In this document: piece after piece, positions 54,043 through 61,014 of the stretch | Numbering within the stretch: the first letter of the stretch is position 1 | How the letters are laid out: every line of letters begins with the position of its first letter | Origin: Candidatus Zixiibacteriota bacterium | GTDB taxonomy: Bacteria > Zixibacteria > MSB-5A5 > GN15 > FEB-12 | DNA length: 64,000 bases | Direction of reading: 5' to 3' | NCBI GenBank assembly: GCA_040753875.1 | Contig: JBFMDV010000024.1 | Span: 15,970-79,969, forward strand | Made by a program: the position numbers and the translations under genes | Notes under the pieces: generated by a model | What the model saw: only the letters and a program-made list of their open reading frames with translations | The model's database searches: none | What the model was told of the DNA's origin: nothing

Positions 54043-57000
54043 ATGGGTTCAAGAACCGTCACAGGCATGGTCCTGGTTTTCTGGTGTGTCAGCGCCAGTG
54101 TACTGGGGCAGGTGAGCATCGGCGGCCAGCCGCTCACATTTGTCGACCAATCCCTCAGCGCGTCCATCCCTGTCAAACTGATGCCGTCGGTTGACAACCG
54201 CGCGCTTTTGGCCGAAGACGAGGCAGAGCAGTCCAAGGATGTTCCGCTTCGATTCGGCTACCCGTTCGATGTGAACTTCACCACGGACAATGCCGGCTTT
54301 TGGCAGATACTGCCCAACGGTGATCGACTTTGGCGGCTTCGCATCGCATCGCCAAGCGCATTCTCGATCAACCTTCTGTACGATCGGTTTTGGCTGCCGG
54401 AGGGCGCTAAGCTGTTTCTTTACAGTGAGGATCAGTCATTCCTCATCGGCGCCTTTACCTCGCAGAACAACAAGGCCGAAGGTCAATTCGCCACTGCTCC
54501 GGTCAAGGGGGACGTGTGCGTACTTGAGTACTATGAGCCCGCTTCGGCGAGTCAGCGCGGTGTGATCTCCATCTCGCGTGTCATCCACGCGTACCGAAAC
54601 CTGTTTGACCGCCATGCGCTCAAAGGAGTATTGGACTACGGGGACGCCGGCGCTTGCAACGTGAACGTGAACTGCCCCGAAGGAGCCGATTGGCAGGACA
54701 TCAAGCGGGGTGTAGCCATGATTCTCACTGGTGGCGGCGGCCGCCTGTGTTCGGGTACAATGATAAATAACGTGCGGCAGGACCTGACGCCATACTTCCT
54801 GACAGCCAATCACTGTCTCGGAGGGGAGACAAGCTGGATCTTCATGTTCAATTATGAGAGTCCGGGCTGCACCAATGTTGATGGCCCCACGTGGATGACG
54901 GTTCAGGGGAGTACGCTCCGCGCAAGCAATTCGTTTTCCGATTTCGGACTGGTGCAGCTGACCGAGCAGCCGCCGGACTCATACAATGTGTATTTTGTCG
55001 GCTGGAACGCGGTTGATTCCGCGGTCGATACACTCACGGACATCCATCACCCGCAGGGAGACATCAAGAAGATCTCGTTTGAATATGATGCAATTGCATC
55101 GACCGGTTACCTTGGCGCCCCGGGTTCGGGTGACAGCCACTGGCGCGTGGCCGACTGGGACGTCGGGACAACGGAGCCGGGATCCTCGGGTTCTCCCCTC
55201 CTGGATGACCACAAACGGATCATGGGACAGCTCCATGGCGGCTATGCGGCCTGCGGCAATAACGACGCCGACTGGTTCGGGAAATTCGCCAAGTCATGGA
55301 ATTACGGGACGACGGCCTCGACCCGTCTGCGCGATTGGCTCGACCCGGACAACACTGGAGCGCTGACGCTTGACGGTCGCCCGGCTGCCGGCATCTCAAT
55401 AACGCACACACCGCTTCAGGACACACAGGATACGCTCAACCCGTACGAGGTCATCTGTGTTATCAAGTCGAATACGCCGGTCGTGGCCGACTCACTGGTC
55501 CTTCATTATAATGTCGGGGCGGGATACGTCACGGCATTGCTGACGACCACCGGAGTGACAGACGAATACCACGCGTTCATCCCCCAACAGTCCCCCGGGA
55601 CTGATGTCAGCTACTTCATGACGGCTGCCAATACAAATGGTGATGCCGACACCACTCAAGTCTATACGTTTCGTGTCGTGGATTATGCGGTTAAGTTGAC
55701 CCCGGCATCGTTGACTCATACCGGCGCGGTGGGCGACACGGCCTGGTTCGATCTCAAGGTGAAGAACGCCGGCATCTATACCGACGACTACGCGTTGGCT
55801 AACTCAGGTAATATCTGGACCACGATCATTTTCGATGCCACCGGCACGAACGTCATTTCTTCCACGGGCACCATGCTGCCGAACGACAGTTTAGCCCTTA
55901 AAGTGGCGGTCGTCATTCCCCCGTCCCTTTATGGGGATAAGGACAGCACGATCCTTACTGCGACATCGACCGCGAGTCCTGCGATCAAGGCTGCCTCATC
56001 ACTGGTCACAATTTCGGCCGGACAACCGTTGAACATTCCGTTCTTCGACGATTTCCCGACCACAAGCATCAATATCGGCAAGTGGGTTCTCGCCAGCGGC
56101 TGCCAGGTAAACACGACCGGTTCGAATCCGCCCACACCGCCGTACTCAGTTGATTTCAACGGTGACGCTGTTGGCGCCGACACACTGATGTCACAGGCGA
56201 TCGATCTGGAAGGGCTTTCGGACATTGCCCTGACCTACTCCTATGAGCAGACCGGTGGCGGGGAGTCACCAGATGCCGGGGATGACTTGTTTGTGGAGTA
56301 CCTGGACAACACCGGCACGTGGGTGCTGATTAACCAGCATTTGGGCGCCGATCCGGACATGACGACTTTCCAAGAAGTGCTGACGTACCTCCCGGCTCCC
56401 GCTTACCACGCCGGGTTCCGAGTTCGGTTCCGGAACACCGCCACGGCCGGACTGTTCGACGACTGGTTTGTGGATGACGTGAAAGTCGATGTCAACTTCC
56501 CGCCGCAGATTTCAGTCTCCCCTCTGTCATACTCCGAGACGATTCAGAAGGGGGATTCGGTCACGCGTACACTGACGATTGACAATCTCGGACTGGGGAG
56601 CTTGCAGTTCGCCGCATCGGTTCAACTCATAGCCAAGCGGAACGACCTGCTTGAATCACTCCGCGCGGCGGGACTCCTGGAACCGGCACAGAGAACATAT
56701 CCTGAGGAATACCAGAATTACGTCGAGCAGAAGGGGGCCGATGACCCGCGGGTCGGCTTCCCGGTAACCAAGGGAGCCGGCGGCCCCGACGCCTTCGGAT
56801 ACTACTGGATCGACTCCGACCAGCCGGGCGGCCCGACCTTCAGTTGGACCGATATTTCGGCTACCGGGATAGATGTGGTCAATGATCTCGTGGATGACAC
56901 CGTATCCGGACCGTATCAGCTCGGCTTTGCGTTTTCATTCTACGGCAACACCTACACGCAGTTCTATATCGGTTCGAACGGGTTGATTGGATTCAATTCT

Positions 57001-57783
57001 GACAATATGAGATCGCTCACCAACGCCACAATTCCAACCGTCGCAACACCGAACGACTTTATCGCCTGGATGTGGGATGATTTGAACCCGAAGGATCCCA
57101 CCAATCCCGGTGCTCATGTCTATATCGATACCTCCGGCGGACAGTGTGTGATCCAGTTCACGCAGTATCCTGAGTACAGCGCGGCAGCCGGCGATGTCAT
57201 CACAGCGCAGGTCGTGCTTCAACAGGACGGCAGCATTCTTATCAAGTACCTCTCGATCGCTCCCGGATTCGATCTGACTTCGAGCACGATCGGTACGGAG
57301 AATGCAACGGGTACGGACGGCCTTCAGGTGACATTTAACAGCACCTACGGGCACAACAATCTGCTGCTCAAAATCTACGCTCCGTACCGTTGGCTCGACG
57401 TTGAACCTGCCAGCGGACTGGTGCTGAGCATGCAGCAGAAGCAGCTCAACGTCAAGTTTCGCACTGCCGAACTCGACAGCGGTATGCATACCGCCAACGT
57501 GATAATCTCGAACAACGATCCGGGGAACAGCCCGGTGACGGTCCCTGTACAGCTTCATGTCACACTGGCGCCTCAATATGTTTGCGGCGACGTTGACAAT
57601 AATGGCGTGGGACCGGACATTGGTGATCTCACCTACTTAGTGGGCTTCCTGTTCCTCGGCGAGGCGGCACCGCCGATACCACAGGCGGCCGATGTCAACA
57701 GCGACAGTGTGATCGACATAAGTGACCTCACCGTACTTGTTGAATTCTTGTTCATGGGCGGCCTTCCGCCCGTATGCCCATAA
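54043..57783 (+). CDS. secreted S1-family serine endopeptidase (lysyl-endopeptidase-like) with multiple beta-sandwich domains and dockerin-like C-terminus
   Basis: Signal peptide, then a lysyl-endopeptidase-type prodomain (PLRFGYPF...WRLRIASPSAFSINLLYDRFWLPEGAKLFLY). Catalytic residues lie in the contexts LTANHC and TEPGSSGSPL. The C-terminus is VCGDVDNNG...DIGDLTYLVGFLF...DVNSDSVIDISDLTVLVEFLFMGGLPPVCP. Confidence 0.85.
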   Translation: MGSRTVTGMVLVFWCVSASVLGQVSIGGQPLTFVDQSLSASIPVKLMPSVDNRALLAEDEAEQSKDVPLRFGYPFDVNFTTDNAGFWQILPNGDRLWRLRIASPSAFSINLLYDRFWLPEGAKLFLYSEDQSFLIGAFTSQNNKAEGQFATAPVKGDVCVLEYYEPASASQRGVISISRVIHAYRNLFDRHALKGVLDYGDAGACNVNVNCPEGADWQDIKRGVAMILTGGGGRLCSGTMINNVRQDLTPYFLTANHCLGGETSWIFMFNYESPGCTNVDGPTWMTVQGSTLRASNSFSDFGLVQLTEQPPDSYNVYFVGWNAVDSAVDTLTDIHHPQGDIKKISFEYDAIASTGYLGAPGSGDSHWRVADWDVGTTEPGSSGSPLLDDHKRIMGQLHGGYAACGNNDADWFGKFAKSWNYGTTASTRLRDWLDPDNTGALTLDGRPAAGISITHTPLQDTQDTLNPYEVICVIKSNTPVVADSLVLHYNVGAGYVTALLTTTGVTDEYHAFIPQQSPGTDVSYFMTAANTNGDADTTQVYTFRVVDYAVKLTPASLTHTGAVGDTAWFDLKVKNAGIYTDDYALANSGNIWTTIIFDATGTNVISSTGTMLPNDSLALKVAVVIPPSLYGDKDSTILTATSTASPAIKAASSLVTISAGQPLNIPFFDDFPTTSINIGKWVLASGCQVNTTGSNPPTPPYSVDFNGDAVGADTLMSQAIDLEGLSDIALTYSYEQTGGGESPDAGDDLFVEYLDNTGTWVLINQHLGADPDMTTFQEVLTYLPAPAYHAGFRVRFRNTATAGLFDDWFVDDVKVDVNFPPQISVSPLSYSETIQKGDSVTRTLTIDNLGLGSLQFAASVQLIAKRNDLLESLRAAGLLEPAQRTYPEEYQNYVEQKGADDPRVGFPVTKGAGGPDAFGYYWIDSDQPGGPTFSWTDISATGIDVVNDLVDDTVSGPYQLGFAFSFYGNTYTQFYIGSNGLIGFNSDNMRSLTNATIPTVATPNDFIAWMWDDLNPKDPTNPGAHVYIDTSGGQCVIQFTQYPEYSAAAGDVITAQVVLQQDGSILIKYLSIAPGFDLTSSTIGTENATGTDGLQVTFNSTYGHNNLLLKIYAPYRWLDVEPASGLVLSMQQKQLNVKFRTAELDSGMHTANVIISNNDPGNSPVTVPVQLHVTLAPQYVCGDVDNNGVGPDIGDLTYLVGFLFLGEAAPPIPQAADVNSDSVIDISDLTVLVEFLFMGGLPPVCP

Positions 57784-57910
57784 GCGGAGTATCAGGGTAT
57801 AGTAGAGGCTGTCCGCAAGTTAGTGAAGTTGCTGCACGTCCTGACCCCGACGAAGTCGAGGTTGTGACCTGACGACGTTTCTCATTGGAGGCAAAGGGTG
57901 TCAGTTCACA

Positions 57911-57933
57911 CGACCCCGATTGCATCGGGGTCG
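57911..57933 (+). terminator. stem-loop downstream of the S1 peptidase gene (weak terminator candidate)
   Basis: CGACCCCGA-ttgca-TCGGGGTCG forms a 9-bp stem with no clear U-tract. Confidence 0.3.
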
Positions 57934-58040
57934 CAGGAACTGACACAACTGATTTCGCGGCTTAGGGGACAACCTGATGACAACTCCGACGAAGCGCACG
58001 AACGTAACATGTATTGACCGAGGAAGGAACTGACAAACGC

Positions 58041-60428
58041 ATGCAGGTATGGCGACGACTGTTGAAGTGGGCTTTAGTGACATTTGTTGGTCTGGTGGTA
58101 GTATTGACTACCGCCTCAACCACGAGAGCAGATGAGACATATATACGGTTGACAGTCAAGTCTCCCGCCGAGATCGGGAAACTGACCAAACTGGTCTCCA
58201 TCGATAACGTCGTCGCCGACACGGTGTACGCGTACGCCAACGCGCGGCAACTGACTGAGCTTGGTGAAACAGGCTTCACTTACCAGCGGCTGCCGCATAC
58301 TTCCGACGGTTTTGTCCCGCGCATGGCGGACGGCAAAGCACCGTTCGCCTGGGACATTTATCCCACGTATGAGCTGTATGTTTCCATGATGCAGCAATAT
58401 GCGCAGAACTATCCGACCCTCTGCCGGCTGGACACGATCGGCTATTCTGTACAAGGACGGATGCTGCTCATGGCGACCATTTCAGACAATGTCAACACGG
58501 AAGAGGACGAACCGGAAGTGCTGTACACCTCGAGCATGCATGGTGATGAGTTGACCGGCTACGTGCTGATGTTGCGGCTGATTGATTCACTGCTGGTCGG
58601 GTACGGGGCGGACGCACCGACAATGGATATGGTGAACGGGCTGAAGATATACATCAACCCATTGGCCAATCCGGATGGCGCATACTATGGCGGCAACAGC
58701 AGTGTGAGTCTGGCTCGAAGGTACAACGCCAACGGCATCGATCTCAACCGCAACTATCCTGATCCACAGGATGGGCAGCACCCGGACGGCAATGCCTGGC
58801 AGCCTGAGACAATAGCGTTCATGAACTTCGCCGACAGCCACTATCCGGTCATCGCGGCGAATTTTCATGGCGGCGCTGAAGTGCTTAATTACCCGTGGGA
58901 CACCTGGGTCACCCGTCATGCCGATGATGCCTGGTTTCAACTTATATGCCGACAGTACGCGGATACCTGCCATATATATGCCCCGTCAGGTTATTTGACC
59001 GACCTCGACAACGGTATCACCAATGGATACGACTGGTACGAGGTTGATGGCGGCCGCCAGGACTATATGAATTACTGGCATGGCTGCCGGGAGATTACGA
59101 TCGAACTTTCATCGACCAAGCTCCTGCCGGCGGCCCAGCTTCCCAGCTACTGGGAATACAATCGGCGGTCGTTCATTCAGTATCTCCGCCAGGCATTCTA
59201 CGGCTTCCGCGGATTGGTGACCGGTTCGCAGACCGGCCTGCCTCTGGCAGCGACTATCCGAGTACTCGGCCATGATGTCGACAATTCGGAGATGTTCAGC
59301 GACCCCACACTCGGGGACTATCACCGCATGATCAAAGCCGGCACATACACTCTGGAGGCGAGTGCCGCCGGTTACCTGCCCGATACAATGGCAAACATCG
59401 CCATTACCGATGGTGGCACAGTACTCCTCGATTTCCAGCTCGACCCGATTCCCAGCGTCCCTTCCCTCGCCTTCGTCGCACATAGCGCCGATATGTTTGA
59501 GGTTGGCGACACCACCTCGTTCGGCGTCACGCTCGTCAACAATGGCGGGGGAGCCGCAACTTCAGCCGTCGGCACGTTGACCAGCTCGGACGGTCTGGTT
59601 ACGATACTGGTCGACACCTCGTCGTTTTCCCCAATACCACCGCTGGGTGGATCGGCCGTTTCGAGCAGCCTGTTTCAGTTCACGGTCTCCCCTCCGGCAG
59701 CTCCGGGGCGGGTCATACCTTTTACTCTGCATGTCACGGCAGACGGCGGCTATGCCGATTCAGTCTCGTTCACGGCTCTCCTCGGTCAACGGATCGAAAC
59801 GTTTGAAAGCGGGACTTTCACCCGATTCGCCTGGCAGGCCGGCGGCAATCAGCCCTGGATGATCAGCAGTGTCAGCCCGCATGAAGGAATTCGGGCTGCC
59901 CGGTCAGGTGTCATCGGCAACAGCCAAACGAGCCAGCTGCTTTTGACCGATGCCGATCTAATGGCCGGTTCGATTTCGTTCTGGTTCAGGGTGTCATCGG
60001 AGGCGGGCTTTGATTCACTCTCGTTCGCTATCGACGGTGTCAGCAAAGGGAAATGGTCCGGCGAGGTCCCCTGGACGCAGATGAGCTACCCGGTGACAGC
60101 CGGTACGCACACTTTCAAATGGGTTTACGCCAAAGATATCAGCGCAGCCTCGGGCAGTGATGCGGCGTGGATCGATTATGTCGTTCTCCCCTACCACGAC
60201 GTGCAGTCATGTTGTGTGGCCTCAACAGGCAACATCGATGGGGATACCGGAGATATTGTGGATATTTCCGACCTCTCGCTGATGGTAGACTATCTGTTCT
60301 TCGGGGGGAGTATTTCGAACTGCTTTGAGGAAAACGATACTGATCGATCCGGAAGTATAGATATCTCGGACCTGTCCGGACTGGTGGATTTCCTGTTCTT
60401 CAGCGGAACGCTGCCCGCTTGTCCGTAG
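58041..60428 (+). CDS. secreted M14-family zinc carboxypeptidase with accessory domains and dockerin-like C-terminus
   Basis: Zn-ligand contexts are SSMHGDELTG and ANFHGGAEV, with NPDG and LNRNYP also present. The C-terminus is CCVASTGNIDGDTGDIVDISDLSLMVDYLFFGG...NDTDRSGSIDISDLSGLVDFLFFSGTLPACP. I use the internal ATG at 58041 ahead of the signal-like segment. Confidence 0.88.
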   Translation: MQVWRRLLKWALVTFVGLVVVLTTASTTRADETYIRLTVKSPAEIGKLTKLVSIDNVVADTVYAYANARQLTELGETGFTYQRLPHTSDGFVPRMADGKAPFAWDIYPTYELYVSMMQQYAQNYPTLCRLDTIGYSVQGRMLLMATISDNVNTEEDEPEVLYTSSMHGDELTGYVLMLRLIDSLLVGYGADAPTMDMVNGLKIYINPLANPDGAYYGGNSSVSLARRYNANGIDLNRNYPDPQDGQHPDGNAWQPETIAFMNFADSHYPVIAANFHGGAEVLNYPWDTWVTRHADDAWFQLICRQYADTCHIYAPSGYLTDLDNGITNGYDWYEVDGGRQDYMNYWHGCREITIELSSTKLLPAAQLPSYWEYNRRSFIQYLRQAFYGFRGLVTGSQTGLPLAATIRVLGHDVDNSEMFSDPTLGDYHRMIKAGTYTLEASAAGYLPDTMANIAITDGGTVLLDFQLDPIPSVPSLAFVAHSADMFEVGDTTSFGVTLVNNGGGAATSAVGTLTSSDGLVTILVDTSSFSPIPPLGGSAVSSSLFQFTVSPPAAPGRVIPFTLHVTADGGYADSVSFTALLGQRIETFESGTFTRFAWQAGGNQPWMISSVSPHEGIRAARSGVIGNSQTSQLLLTDADLMAGSISFWFRVSSEAGFDSLSFAIDGVSKGKWSGEVPWTQMSYPVTAGTHTFKWVYAKDISAASGSDAAWIDYVVLPYHDVQSCCVASTGNIDGDTGDIVDISDLSLMVDYLFFGGSISNCFEENDTDRSGSIDISDLSGLVDFLFFSGTLPACP

Positions 60429-60434
60429 ACCGGG

Positions 60435-60968
60435 TCAATCGGTGACTTCCTGCTGGTCTTTCCAGTGCCGCCACTGGGCGGCGAATCGTCGCACCCAGTC
60501 GAAAACGGCCTGGTCCCCCAGATCACGGCCGGCTTTTTCGGATTCTATCCATTTGTGGCGTTCGATCTCCTTCATCTGCTCCTGGAGCTCTTTGGTCAGG
60601 CGGTCCTTGCGCCAGCGCGAGGCATGGTGGGCCAGCCAGTGGGCGATCGTGTACTCAAGGCCGACATCATACCCTGCCTGTCGCGACAGATAGTATTTGT
60701 GGACTTCGATGGCTTTCATCTCCGCCTTGGATAGCTGATACGAAGCGTATTTGTCTCCGGTAGAAGTCACCGATGTCACCTCCTTGGGGCACGAGAGGCC
60801 CACATGCCCCTTCCAGAATCGACCCCGTTTTGCTGTAATATACGCAGTCCAAGTAGTTAAGTCACGGACTTCTATTTTGTCGGGCAGTTTGGACAGCCCT
60901 GGAGCCGTTTTCCCGCCAAGTGAAGATGATTGTTGACAAATAAATCTCTTTTTGTCATATTTGACCAT
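60435..60968 (-). CDS. hypothetical protein with a tandem HK(Y/W)..S...AG.D.G motif
   Basis: The C-terminal 95 aa contain IEVHKYYLSRQAGYDVGLEYTIAHWL and IERHKWIESEKAGRDLGDQAVFDWV. The start is uncertain: ATG at 60968 or 60719. The track start at 61016 would overlap the divergent TPR-CHAT start. Confidence 0.45.
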   Translation of the reverse strand: MVKYDKKRFICQQSSSLGGKTAPGLSKLPDKIEVRDLTTWTAYITAKRGRFWKGHVGLSCPKEVTSVTSTGDKYASYQLSKAEMKAIEVHKYYLSRQAGYDVGLEYTIAHWLAHHASRWRKDRLTKELQEQMKEIERHKWIESEKAGRDLGDQAVFDWVRRFAAQWRHWKDQQEVTD

Positions 60969-61014
60969 CCGAAGGCCGTATTCCGGGGCTCGATGTGTGA
61001 ATTTCAATAGAAAC

